64,000 nt of DNA from Mytilus edulis (taxonomy: Eukaryota): positions 25,482,001 to 25,546,000 of the forward strand of contig NC_092347.1 in NCBI RefSeq assembly GCF_963676685.1, read 5' to 3'. Of the stretch, positions 1 to 12,817 are shown one piece after another. Every line of letters starts with the position of its first letter. The first letter of the stretch is position 1. The position numbers and the translations under genes are program-made. Below the pieces are notes generated by a model, which did not search any database, had not been told where the DNA came from, and saw only the letters and a list, made by a program, of their open reading frames with translations.

Positions 1-618
1 ATCATTGACAAAAAATATTCCTGCCTCACACCATTTTTTATAAAAAATAGTTTTATTATCAATTTTTAAAAGTTTATTAAACCAAATAGGTTGGCCCATT
101 AAATCATTATGGTCACGGGAAGCATTCCTCAGTTTAGCCCAATTTAGAAGGATGTCCTTCCAAAATCTATTAAAATATATTGAAATTTGTTCAATACTAT
201 CCTTATTCATCATCCATATTTTATCTGCCCCATATTTTCTATACTTATCATTAAAAAGAACTTTCCAAGGAGAAAGATTGAAAGGGTCTAATAATTTATA
301 GATCCATGTCATTTTTAATGAATAACAGAAGGATTCAATATGAGGCATCTTAAGTCCTCCAGTATCATATGATCCAATTAGTACATTTCTTTTGATTTTA
401 TCTGGTTTGCCATTCCATAGAAACTTAAAAAAAATATTTTCAATTTTCTTAAAATTTTCAAAAGAGGGATTTGGCAATATTGTTAATGACTGAATGAGAA
501 TTGGCAATGCTAAAGACTTTATGACTGTTATTTTTCCTAGGTATGTAAGATCTTGGTAAATCCAAGTATTTAATAATGAGTTTATCTTTTCAATTTTCTC
601 TCGGATGTTTAAATTGCT
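1..618 (-). mobile_element. Tx1/L1-clade LINE ORF2 fragment (post-RT region), frameshifted
   Basis: Minus-strand translation gives EKINSLLNTWIYQDLTYLGKITVIKSLALPILIQSLTILPNP...FKFLWNGKPDKIKRNVLIGSYDTGGLKMPHIESFCYSLKMTW, then after a frameshift FWKDILLNW...QPIWFN. These are characteristic L1/Tx1 ORF2 motifs. Continues past the window start. Confidence 0.88.
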
Positions 619-2268
619 TTCACGATATAACAGAAGTTTTTAAGCTACAGATCAGTTTAAAATCATTCCCTACCATATGAATCAAAATAAGTTTGACTAA
701 AGTGGGTTTTTTCAATTGGAAGAAGCGTTATGAATGTTAAGACTATCGGCAGACGGAAATCATGGAATCTAGTGGCTACCAGATATGTTTCCACCTTTAG
801 CGACACAGTTGAAAAAAGTCCTATCTAGTCCTTTGCTGACTATTCATTGAATTTTACCCTTTTTAATGGCAAATGTTCTTAGTGACCTTTGAGGTGAATT
901 GTTTATTGGAAAAAAAATTAAAATTAAAATTGAAAGTGTTAAAAAAGTAAAACATTATAGTGTGGAGCTTTCCGATGATCATATAACGTGATAACAAACA
1001 ATTCGGAATTTGATATTTACGTTCTCAAAAGTGATTAGATAATGTTTCGATAGTTTAAAACAAAGAAATAAAAAAATGGATTGTCAAATTTTTTATCTGG
1101 TTATTTAAAGGAATTATAAGTCGGTTACTATAAAAACGTACATTTCAGTTTCAAAATAATCTATTATATTACATTCATGTTCGTAATATTTATATAGTTT
1201 CAGATGGTTATAGTGAGAAGATGGTAAAAGTGGTCAGGGAATCTGATAGCAGTGTTCCATTCGATCCTCAAATGTCTAAATAATTTATCCAAAGTAAGCA
1301 TCACTTGTTGGTGTCACTAAATAGGTAACGCATACAAACAGCATACTGGTGTCCCTGTTGTCACCGACAACGGCGTTCAAAACAACCTTGGTTTAAGTGA
1401 TGATGTTATCTTAGTAAAATGCAAACACATGTGTTGGTCGACGTATACAACAAATACTAGTAGTTCATACTAATCACTGTGAGCAACACTACACAAACAC
1501 GATTCATACTATTAACTATCTTGCAATCAGACGGGTTTGTTACTCCGAATGGTTTATTAAATGTAAAAATGTCCACATTAGAATTTATTTCAAGTAAGCA
1601 TCTCACGTTGGTATTGATACAAAATAAAAAAAATATTATGAATATATACAAGATTTTTTTGCACGATTCCACAACGCTGTTTCGTTTCAATTAATATACT
1701 GATTGTAGTATACGTTTATTTAAAGAAACATTAGATTTTTTTATCTTTTTGTGGACTGGTAGTTTATATTTTTGGTTCATCTCTCGTATCGTGAATTTCT
1801 GCCATTCATAACATTAAGGTTTTGAAGCAAAGACATAGTAAAACTCCGGCAATGTCCCTGAGCCACTTTCAGTATTGAAGTGGTTGAACAATTTTTTTTA
1901 ATGTAATCTTCGTTAGAAAAAGGTAGATATGAAGGCCCTTAGATTTGAATCCTCAGTTTTGAGTAATATGGTTTTATGCTTTATTCCTAGTCAAACAAGA
2001 CAGCATTGTGCCTAGTTTCTTACTGAAAAAAAAAACAACAACCAAAAATAACTTCCGTATGCATAGTTTACTACGATGCATTTATTACTACGTTAAGACC
2101 TAATGATTCTATTAACTTTCTTCTGTAACAAATTTTCTTGTATGAAGGGGGCAAGCTGCTGATGACTTAGATTTTTTAAACTTTCAATTTCAATAAATGT
2201 GAGTGATCGATAATATAAAAGTATGTTCAACTTGAACAGACTATGTTGAAATTAAATTTACATTTCAG

Positions 2269-2708
2269 GAAAGCAAGTAAAGAGAATACTTGACCAGTCA
2301 CCAGTAGCGTTTTATGCTTATTTGACAACTTCAGTGACAAGCCTTGGAAGACACCACACAATTATATTCGACCATGTGGTCACAAATGTTGGCAATGGGT
2401 ATAACAAGCATGCAGGTGATTTTATAGTTCCAGTTTCCGGTGTGTATGCCATGTCTGTTACAATCACCAGTGCGTATCGATCATGTATCTTAACGGAACT
2501 TGTTGTAAATGGAAATCCTGTTATTCCTTCAACGGTTTGTAGCAGATCAATTGACTTAGATCTATCGTCTACAAACACCGTTGTTCTTTCACTGTCACAA
2601 GGAGATACATGCTTCGTAAGAACCCATAAAGACTATGATTCATCAGGGACACTTTTATCTGAAAACTATAACAGGTCGTCATTTTCAGGCTGGAAAATAT
2701 CAGAATAA
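2269..2708 (+). CDS. C1q domain-containing protein (C1qDC), terminal coding exon encoding the globular C1q domain
   Basis: Acceptor tttacatttcAG at 2267-2268 (phase 1). The exon reads KQVKRILDQSPVAFYAYLTT...HTIIFDHVVTNVGNGYNKHAGDFIVPVSGVYAMSVT...NTVVLSLSQGDTCFV...RSSFSGWKISE*, with the hallmark gC1q motifs VAFxA, FD.V.TN.G..Y, F..P..GVY, L..GD and FSG. AATAAA at 2715-2720. Upstream signal-peptide/coiled-coil exon(s) not identified, probably before base 1. Confidence 0.93.
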
Positions 2709-2944
2709 TTGGTCAATAAAGTTCAGTATCAAATTGTATTTTGATGTTGCTCAATATTTTTATGTATGTGAGGCTAGTTTTCCTTTCTTGTTTCATGGTA
2801 CTTTGTAAGATTTTTCATTTTCAAATCCTTTCAAAATTATTTGTTAAATATAAGGAAGTTTATAAAAGCTAACAGTATTATTTAGAATAAATTATTTCTA
2901 AAAGAACCCCGAAAAGCCTGTCTTTTTCCCTATACCAAAAAGGA

Positions 2945-3600
2945 TATTAAAACTCATCAGTCGAAAATGAACTGACAACGCCATTGCAAAAAATGAAAAA
3001 AAGATAACTAGACAAACTACAGTATACAAAACTAAAAATAGGATTGAACAGAGGTGCCTCAGAAGAGTAAGTAGATCTTGCTCCACATGTGGAACCAGTC
3101 GTGTTGCTTATATAAGTACAAACCCGGTGATAAGTCTAATTCGGGGGAAAGAGTGCAGGATTGTGGTAACGAGGATTGGAACATATCCGTCGTTATCTGC
3201 AAAATAAATATTCCGTACTGGTCAATCAACTTTTTTCCAAAGAAGATTTCATTTTCAACTCTTGAAACTCGTGGTCTAATAACTTTCTTGTGAGCAGCAA
3301 TCCTCTATCAAGAAATCATGATCGACAACACAAGCCTTGGACTATCGTTACAACTGGGAGATATGTATTTAATGGCTAATATGCAGGCGCTACATAAAAA
3401 TTGAAAATTCGCAATTTGAAAGCTGAAATCATTTCTTCTGACGTAACATTTTGTTCTCAGTCGACCCTCATTGTCAATTTCTAGTCAAGATATGAGACAG
3501 TCTTTTCATTATTTGTTGCATCCTTTATTTTACGTTCGATTGCATAGATGCGTTCAAAATAGTCACCGAACTTTGAATTATTTTATCTACTAGTATCTAT
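2945..3600 (-). mobile_element. Degenerate Penelope-like (PLE) RT element, 3' fragment
   Basis: Reverse-complement similarity to the copy at 50227-50776 (cctctatcaagaaatcatga; cttgctccacatgtgg). Upstream sequence matches the RT C-terminal LEIDNEGRLRT..YD..DDF region. Confidence 0.7.
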
Positions 3601-4275
3601 CGGAAGTTAAGTTCAAGACTAATGACAGTCTCTTATCATTCTTCACAAGAAGCACATGTATGAAGTCAGCCTCATATGAATATATGAAAATGTAAAAATT
3701 CAAAAAATATATACAACACGGAGTAAAAAAAATTAGACGACCCTTTCAATCGGTTTCAGTGTGTGTTTTACTTTTGAAAACTTACAATTACGGTACATTG
3801 TAAATTGAAGAACCATGAAGTAATTTCAATATTATAAATCTGGCAAAGAAATCAAACATTTGCTATCAAAATTTAGTCCGACAATCACAATAAATCGTGC
3901 AAAAACAAACAAACACTTAGAATTGAATATGCTTTTGGAATTATCACTTGATAATTTGTAAGTGACATACGGATAATACCAAAGGAATGGTCATTCTCAT
4001 ACAAGCGGATATGAAATAAAAATCCTGTTAAAAAAATAATTGACTATCATTTAGTTTTGAAACAATGTGAACACATGCTTAAAATGCAAAATGTTTTTTT
4101 TTTAAATGTATGAGTAATTAAAAATAACAATGATTAAGCGTATAATTGAAATAATTGAAAAACCTTAAAGAAAAACTTCGTTATAACAGAATACACTTGA
4201 GTTATATAAGTAAAAATATTATAGACGACGAGATAATAATCTAGATGTGTAACAATATCTTTACATTATAGAAAA

Positions 4276-4880
4276 AAATAAATAACAAAAATATCGAACT
4301 CCGTGAAAATTCAAAACGGAAAGTCCGTAATCAAATGTTAAAATCAAAAGCTTTAACACATCAAACGAATGGATAAAACAACTGTCATATTCCTGACTTG
4401 GTACAGACTTTTTTGTTTTTAATTTTCATTTTGTATTGAAATCTGTACATTTGATAGTAAAGGACTTGGTACAGACATGTAGTAGATACATCATCATAAG
4501 CAAATTATCTTCCTTAATCAAATGTCTGTAGGAGAAGTGTTCACTTTAAGTGATTAATGAACATCTGAACACTAAAACTGTAACTTATCTGTTAGAATCA
4601 ACTTTTGTGATGATAATGTCCTTTATCAGTCAGAGTGATAGCGATAAAAATAAAAAGTAAATATAAATAATCCGAACTCAGAAGAAAATTCATAACGGAA
4701 AGTCACTAATCAAACGACAAAATTATATATCAGAACACATCAGACGAAGGGTAACCAACTGTTATATTCTTGACTTGGTACAGGCATTTTATTATGTAGA
4801 AAATAGTATTAAACCTGGTTTTTAGATAGGTAAACCTTTCAATTTTATGATTGTTGCATATAATCCATTATATAAGCAAT
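4276..4880. repeat. Two copies of a dispersed repeat (aaagtaaaataacaaaaataccgaactcc...cctgacttggtacaggc family)
   Basis: The same block recurs at about 10280-10510, 19120-19430 (rev), 23660-23870 (rev), 34000-34195, 35815-36015 (rev), 48650-48950 (rev) and 60810-60895 (rev). Probably a retroelement 3' end. Confidence 0.75.
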
Positions 4881-5424
4881 TGTTTGGTCGAATTTCAAAG
4901 ACGTACGAAGCGATTTCGGTGAATATAGATGACTAGTGCATGCTTGGATGTTTATTGTTGATGACATTCTACCAACTCTTGAGTCTAAGAAGATTAATAA
5001 ATCACTTTGTTCCTGTGATAAATGTGAATTTGGGGTATTTTTGTGACTTTTGGTTTATATAAATTCTCCCAGTGTTGATTATTTTACAACGATTGCAAAG
5101 TTTAAACACTTTTGTATACAACGGGAGATAACACAGATAATTTTGTTGATCACCTTAAAATGTCATGAATAAGTCAAGAAAAGAAGTACGGCAGCTTATT
5201 TCATCCTTTTTTTTATAATTATTTGATCGGGGCGCGTATAGTATCGTTTAGGTTTATTTTCGAGTCATATAAATAAAATCGGCATAGATACAAAATAACA
5301 AATGTGTACGCCAAACACGCGTTTCGTCCAATTTAAAGAGCAAAGAGCACTCCTTTTTGAATTTTGGTCCTCAGTGCTCTTCAACTTCGTACTTTATTTG
5401 GCCTTTTTAACTTTTTGAATTCGA

Positions 5425-5468
5425 GCGTCACTCATGAGTCTTTTGTAGACGAAACGCGCGTCTGGCGT
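5425..5468 (+). ncRNA. Hammerhead ribozyme copy with core mutation (CTCATGA), probably inactive
   Basis: Identical to 5788-5831 except CTGATGA>CTCATGA, which changes conserved G5. Confidence 0.85.
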
Positions 5469-5787
5469 ATATACAAAATTTAGTCCTGGTATCTATGATG
5501 AGTTTATTTACAATCACTTGGTCGATGCCACTGCTGGTGGAGATTTATTTCCCCGATGGAATCACCAGCCCAGTAGTCAGCCCTTTTTGTGCTGACATGA
5601 ATTATCATTGATATGTTTATATTTATAAATTAACTATTTACAAAATTTACAATTTTTGAAATACTAAGGCTTTTCTACCTCAGGCATAGATTACCTTAGC
5701 TGGATTTGGCAAAACGTTTTGGAATTTTGGTCCTCAATGCTCTTCAACTTCGTACTTTATTTGGCCTTTTTACCTTTTTGGATTCGA

Positions 5788-5831
5788 GCGTCACTGATGA
5801 GTCTTTTGTAGACGAAACGCGCGTCTGGCGT
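5788..5831 (+). ncRNA. Minimal type I hammerhead ribozyme, intact core
   Basis: gcgtca-CTGATGA-gtc(ttttgta)gac-GAA-acgcgcgt-C-tggcgt. Stem I gcgtca/tggcgt, stem II gtc/gac, palindromic stem III ACGCGCGT, GUC triplet. Predicted cleavage after C5825. Confidence 0.93.
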
Positions 5832-6207
5832 ATATACAAAATTTAGTCCTGGTATCTATGATGAGTTTATTCCTAATTCCGCAAGGTTTCGCCAAAAAAA
5901 ATAAAAAGATTATGTTATCTTCTCCTGGGGTAGAAATTCTTAAGTTTTTCGAAAAAAAATCGGAGTTTTATAAATGGGCGTTTCTTTATTATAATTCAAG
6001 CAATATTTTTGAAATCTCATATGCCTGTACTCATATGGTAGTAAATAGGATGACAAGATCCTTGTTTTAAGTTTGGAAATTATACGATATAAAGTATACA
6101 TTTTGACAAGTATGAAAGAACTGTCTCAACTTTTAAATTGTATTCCCGTACTACTTTAACATCCCTAAAATATAATAGGAATGCCTATGCCCCTTGCTCA
6201 TATGCAT

Positions 6208-6304
6208 CTTTTGGATTCGAGCGTCACTGATGAGTCTTTTGTAGACGAAACGCGCATCTGGCGTATATACTAAATTTAGTCCTGGTATCTATGATAAGTT
6301 TATT
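6208..6304 (+). mobile_element. 5'-truncated retrozyme with hammerhead at 6221-6264 (stem III variant acgcgcat)
   Basis: ctttttggattcgagcgtcaCTGATGAgtcttttgtagacGAAAcgcgcatctggcgt...gataagtttatt. Confidence 0.88.
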
Positions 6305-9300
6305 GTAAAGGTTAGATATTTTGGAATTATGAAATTGATGAATAGGTCATTCAACAGACATTAGGATTTTTTTTTCAGTATATTTTTGTAGTCAGTTAGG
6401 TTCTTGAGAAATACAATTTGTGTCTTCATAAAACCTAATGATATATGCATAACGTACAAATACAGAAACTATAATTTTGAGATTTAAAACATTCAATTCA
6501 ACCTTTAGATTTTTGAAAACCCACACTGGAATCACTACACCATATTTTTTTTAAAATTAAGATATATCATAGTTCATGTTATCTACCCCTTTGCTAGTCC
6601 AAAAAACAAATTCTTATTTCCAAAATGAAAAACAAAATAATAACTATTTACGATCGCATAAAACACGAACAGAAAATAGGGTAATAGTATTCACGAATCG
6701 ACAGTGACTCTTAGATACATGTTTTCTTCTCACAAAAATATATCATTTAAAGGTCAAATTTGAGCTGTCAAACACAGGTATTAATTGCGAAACTTTTCCA
6801 CTTAATGTAATTTATAAACTTTTAGTCGTATGTCGATGTGCTCAGCGTGACATTTTGTTGAAATTGCTTTCGTCGCTTTAAAATATATAATCAACCAGAC
6901 TTAGCGCTCAAAAGCATATATAAGATACCAAGGAAAAGTCACTGAGATAACCCACGAAAATCTTCAATTATTTATCCTTAACTTATATCAACACAATCAA
7001 TTCAATTACCAAAAATGATTGAAAATTAAAGTCATCACAGTTTGAAAGCCGAATTGAGATCAATCTTAAAATTCAATATTACCTGAATTACAGGTTTTCG
7101 ATTTTCTTACCCCTATATATAAAGAAGCAATTTCGACTTTTTCTTACATCCAACATATTAGCGATTAGAATATAAATTTTAATGTACATTTTGACAAAAA
7201 AGTCAATCAGTGAGACTTAATTTGAGTGAGAAAATGCAATTTTGACACCTCAGAGCCTTTATGGAGGTATGTAATTATACAGTGTATTGTAATTTATTTT
7301 CTTCGTGTGACTTATGACTACGACAACTAGTTGTTGAAATTTAACAACTTAAAAAGTGTATAGAAACTTTGTAAAATAAATGATCCCAGGGTTACGTTGC
7401 TGTGCTCCATTTAAGTAGCAACTGATCAAGATAAACAAATACATCATATAGTATCATCATTCAGATTATGAATATATTTTATAACGGTCGTAAAAGCATA
7501 CATGGAACTATATAAACCATTACGAATTGACGACAAAAGACTTTAAATGTGCAACAAAAGTTTTAAGTAAATAATTGATACCTATCTTCTAACTTCAGAA
7601 GAGGTAACACAAATACTTATTGTTTCCTGATTGACAAAAAAGTATTTCATTACATACTTGAATTGGGTTTGCTGGATCTTTAAAAGACACTTTTTAGAAG
7701 TTATTTCAAACAAGAACCCAATAGATCATTATTATATAAGTAATACTGTGTCTTTTATTTACGTATGGATAATGATGCATCATGTTTTTACTACTTTTTT
7801 ACCATATGTTGTAGAACTCTGATGAGAAGATAACGTAAACTTATTTCAACATAACAAGAAATCAGTCAAGATGGAAAGGTAGGCTTATTTAATATAGAGT
7901 TTGTGTCTTACTGTAGAAAAATGGTTATATATGATGAAACAGTTGATGTTACTGATAATAAATTAATAAGTAAATGAATGAAAAAAGTAAATGGGCATTC
8001 TTAATAATTATAACATAGGTTTCTTGTGATAAGCAAATTACGAATAAAAAGATTTTTCAGAAAGGATTACTAGTAATGATTTTTCTATTTTTCACGTTTT
8101 ATCTGATTTGTTGAATTATTGCATAACATTCTTCAATAAATAGGCAGAAAACACCAGGCGGACAATAACAAAATCTTACCTCAAGGATGACTAGGTTATT
8201 CAACCACCAAAGACAAAAACGACGAGAAGAAAAACAATCTAAAATAGACTACAAATTATTTATTAGGAGCGAACCAACTTAATTTTAAATACGTATGGGA
8301 TAAAAAAAATTAATAAACATTTCGTGTATTTGTAATAAAAGTAAAATTTCAAAATATCAAAACTCCGAGGAAATCCGAAAACGTTTGCCTTCCTCTTTCT
8401 CTTGGAAACACATTATACGCGAGCAATCAATTCACAGTGAGCTTTCAGTGTTTTTATATGATACACAGATGCTGATAGTGTTAATTGTTGCATGAGTTTT
8501 TCTACTGAAGGAACTTATAAAATTGGGACTAGTTTGAGTTTTGTGTAATATTGATTTACTGTATTCGGGTTGGCATGTAATTATTTGATTTACTTGGGAC
8601 ACCTGCCTGGGTTTATTGTTTATTTTCAATTTCTGTTCAAATGTGTGATAGTTGTTTCTAGCTTATTTTTTTTAAATGTTAAGGTTAAAATAGTAAATAA
8701 GAATATGTCAAACATGAATGGTTGTCTGTTGTTTTATGAAACCAATTTTAAATTGTAAAGCTTTATTGTGCTGATTTCATGTTATACATAGACGGTATTC
8801 GCATTGTACTCATTCACTTTAAAACGAAGAAAGCAAATACAGTATCTATTAGTTTTAAATCTTCAAGCGTTTGATGTACAATAATGGACCTTTCTCACAT
8901 GTTAATGTAATTTTTGATAACTGCCATTCGTACAATAAGTAATACAGACAGCCTTTCAGTTCTCTCTGGTTTTTGTTAGTTTTTTATAAACCCATTCATA
9001 TTGTATAGAAACTCTAAATATTCTGTATATACATATAAATCAATGCCGTTGCTTCTACCAAATTAGGCTAAAATTAGTTTTATGCTTATTGTCTACAAAT
9101 TGAAATAAAAAAAAAGCTCACAGGGTCTCGTTTTTTTACAACAATTCTTTTCAGTAAGGAAACTAGTTCCTGTCGACAATTGTGCAGATAAACAACCAGT
9201 ATATATCGCGATGATTTTAAATAAAATGATGCAATAAGATGAAATTGGCATTATTTAAGAGATCAAAACATATTTTGATCAAACCTTTCAACAATCCATT

Positions 9301-9589
9301 GCCAACCCGTATTACTGTTTTATTTTTTTGTTTGTTTTGTATCTTCGATTTTTGTATGGCTGTTTTATCGTCTGTTTCACTTCATTCAAAGAAAATGGCT
9401 GCTCTTATCCATTACAATTTTGTATTTGTTCATTTCCAAAGGCTTATTGCATGTAAAAGCTACCAGTTAGACCTGATTTGTAATTGTAAACTTGACAATC
9501 TGATACATATTTGGTCATTGATTGATGGAGAGTTTAGATAATGAACAGGTGTTTGAATACCCGGTAATACAAAACACAATTTATTTTAC

Positions 9590-9790
9590 CCACAAGCACA
9601 GATTGAACGTGCCGCATTTGGCTACAAGTTATCGAAATTTTCAGGTTTAAATGATCGTCAACTCCGTTTTTTGTTGAAACTTCCAACTACATTTTGTATT
9701 TTGATTCGAGCACCATTGATGAGTCTTGTATAGCCAAAACTGAAACGCGCGTCTGGTGTACCAAATTATAAGCATGTGTCTTTTGTAAGT
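9590..9790 (+). mobile_element. Old degenerate retrozyme copy
   Basis: ttcgagcacca-ttgatgagtc...gaaacgcgcgtc-tggtgt. Stem I variant gcacca/tggtgt; core mutated. Confidence 0.7.
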
Positions 9791-12479
9791 TTCAAAAGCC
9801 GCTTTCTACGTCAGTAAAATATCATGTAGCTCCGTTTCAATTCGCGGAAGGCAGGTGGAATGCAAGGAGCGAAATATAAAACTTATGCAGTTATATAAAT
9901 AGGAATTTACCAATATTAAAACCCCGGAGATCATTTCTTGAATATAAATATCAAATAACAGGAACAGAGGGAATTTCATAAACGCCAAATGAGTAAGAAC
10001 CATCGGTATGCCATCTTTTGCTATGCATGCATCACCAACCATGCAAATCAATACCCCTTCAAAATTTAAGACAGGGAAAATAAAAGTCCTGACACAATCA
10101 ATTGAAAATTGACTGCTTAAGCGATGATAGACTATAGACGCAATGATATACTATGGTCATTTGTCAGGTAAACCCACTAAATCAAACCTTTCGGCAAACA
10201 GTTCGCTGCTCGCAATGGAATCAACTAAAACCCGTTGCTGATACTGATTATTCGCAAGAATGCATTGAAGAATTACGATAGTAAAATGTAAAATAACAAA
10301 AATACCAAACTCCTGAGAAAAATTCAAAACTGAAAGTCCTTTATCGAATGATAAAATTAAAAGCTAGAACACATTAAACGAATAGAAAACAACTGTATTA
10401 TTCCTCACTGGGTACAGGCATTGCATTATGTACAAGATTAAATATTTAATCTAGTTTTATAGCTAACTAAATCGTATGACGGTTGTATAAAATTTCATCA
10501 TATTGGAAATGATTGGGGACTTAAATTTATATTTTCATCAAACATTAGTTTCGTTTTTTTTTTTAATTTGTCTTTGAATATTTGAAACAATTATTTGGTT
10601 TTTATTTAAATCTTACGAATTTAGTATTTAGATGGTAAGGATATAGAAAGAAAATCTGTATATTTCAGCACATTTTAAAATGTCTTTAATGAATTCAATT
10701 TAGATTTAAAGGCTTTATTGTGGGGACTTCAATAGCCATACTTTATTTTTGTAAGACTTATGTTATTTTATTATTTTCACATCTTTAAAGCATTTGTAGA
10801 CAGTATTGAAGGTATTTACAAATTTAAACTATTTTTATTAACTGTCATTCATACAATGAACAGCATGTACAAATATCTTTCATTCGTTGACAGTTAGTTA
10901 TACAGTAGATTGATAATAAACAAATGTAAATATTAGTTATAATATATCCAAGTAAACATAATATTGTATATATACTGTTATGAAACGAATTTGAAATTAT
11001 CTTTTAATTTATATAGAAAAAAAGGAAAACAAGACCAAAGTATCAAAAACAAATTTTTGGGATTTTAAAATTATTTTAACATTTCCTTTAATAGAAATTT
11101 AATGTATACCGTGGTAATGTAAGTAAAAGCAAAGCATTATTGTAATTTAATTTGGCATATGCGAATGATAGTATATAAGAGGCAAAATCTCCAACAAAGC
11201 AATTAAACACATCCAATGCAATTTAATTAAAAATTTCTAAAATTATTTTGAAACAAAGTGGTAAGAAATGGAAATTGAAAAGCTAAATATCAGAGTTAGA
11301 TTATCCTTAATAAGGGACAAAGAACACTTTCCGACATATATGATCCGAGAGGATAAGCATATAATTTTAAATAAATGTTAAATCTTTTCAAATTAAACTT
11401 AAAAGTTTCGGCTATTCACAAGTTCTTAATTTATAATTTGTTAATTGTTCATCATTGAATATAAAACGCAAATCTTCTTGCGTTGTTATGGCACATATCA
11501 TTTCGCAATCTTAACTGAAATATACTTTTTCGACTTTTAGGAGATTAGTACCGATTAACAGTTTACGTATAAGTATTGTAAGATATCAGATGCAAGTAAC
11601 AATAGGAAGCTTTTTGGGAAGTGGGCAGCGAACGAGATCATAAAGGCATCATTATGTATTATACAGCTAACATTGTCGATAAAAAACAAATCTGATAATA
11701 GATTTATCTGATTATATTCATGTAATTTTCATCACATGATAACTATTTTCCTTTACTGAACCAGCAAACCCGAAAGCAATTGAAAGGTAAGGATCAAACT
11801 TGAAAACGTCAGGTCAAACATTATGACGTCGGTGATGACTCCGGGTTAAGTATATTTGTCGTCACATTATCTTAATTTCGAAACTTTATGAAGAACGAAG
11901 CAGATTTGTCCAGGTACAAGGAAGATAATTATATTATTTAACTTTTCTTTCGTATAGAAATTTGAGTGTATAATATCGATAATCGTGGGAATTTAATTTT
12001 GTTTTGTGATGACATCAAATATGTAATTTGACTTGATCTTTCAATATCTTACGAAGAGTTATTCGCATGGCTGATCATATGCACAAATTATATAAAAATA
12101 AAAAAACACTTTTCTAAATGATATGTAATTCGATATCAGTTGGTGGGACTTCTTTTAATTGGAATACAGATTTAGATTCAGCCTAAAGTTTGTAACTATT
12201 AAAATCAAAGCCCATTACATACCTTCATATTGAACTTACGTCGGTAATACAGTTTTTGACAAATTGCTTGCTTTATGCCATTTTTCTTGAGTTTTGATTA
12301 ATAAAATAATATACAAAGTATGTTTCTGACAAATTCTGATCAATTCACTTAGTTTTATGACACAACTGCATTGCAGTAAAAATCATGTGCCCATCAGATT
12401 ACCGACAATGTCAAAAAGCCGCCGATAATTAAACAAGTAAAATATCACACTGGATATGATATCATTTAGTTTAAATATA

Positions 12480-12817
12480 TTTATTTATAGATGATTGAGA
12501 AACAAGTAATTGCAACTTATATTAAACCCTTTCCACTTTGCGGACGAAGTGCTGCTTTGTAGCGGCATTAGCCTACTCTTTTTCGAAATCTACAACGGTG
12601 TCTTTTACGTGCAAGAGATACTGCTCTCTTTTAACACGAGTCAGTCATGTATCGTCCCCTTCCGACGGACTATCATCGTTTTTCCAAACCATACTCGCAA
12701 ATGCTGTCAAGGGAGAGTTGAAAATTCAGTCCATGAAATTTTCTCCCCAGAGCGGCGATCGAACCATGATCCTTTGTGTTAGTAGTCTAATGCACTAACC
12801 ACTACACCACGGCTCTC
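12480..12817 (-). mobile_element. Near full-length tRNA-derived SINE with a Deu/Nin-like core
   Basis: Minus-strand head gagagccgtggtgtagtggttagtgcattagactactaacacaaaggatcatggttcgatcgcc carries A and B boxes. Core gcacgtaaaagacacc...ttcgaaaagagtagg; AT-rich taaa tail. Absent from the paralogous position in unit B. Confidence 0.8.

Larger units (their letters stand above)
5353..5871 (+). mobile_element. Retrozyme (non-autonomous hammerhead-bearing retroelement), ~1.4 tandem monomers, 363-nt period
   Basis: A ~150-nt direct repeat (gaattttggtcctca...gatgagtttatt) has hammerhead cores starting at 5431 and 5794, 363 nt apart. No coding capacity. Confidence 0.9.
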
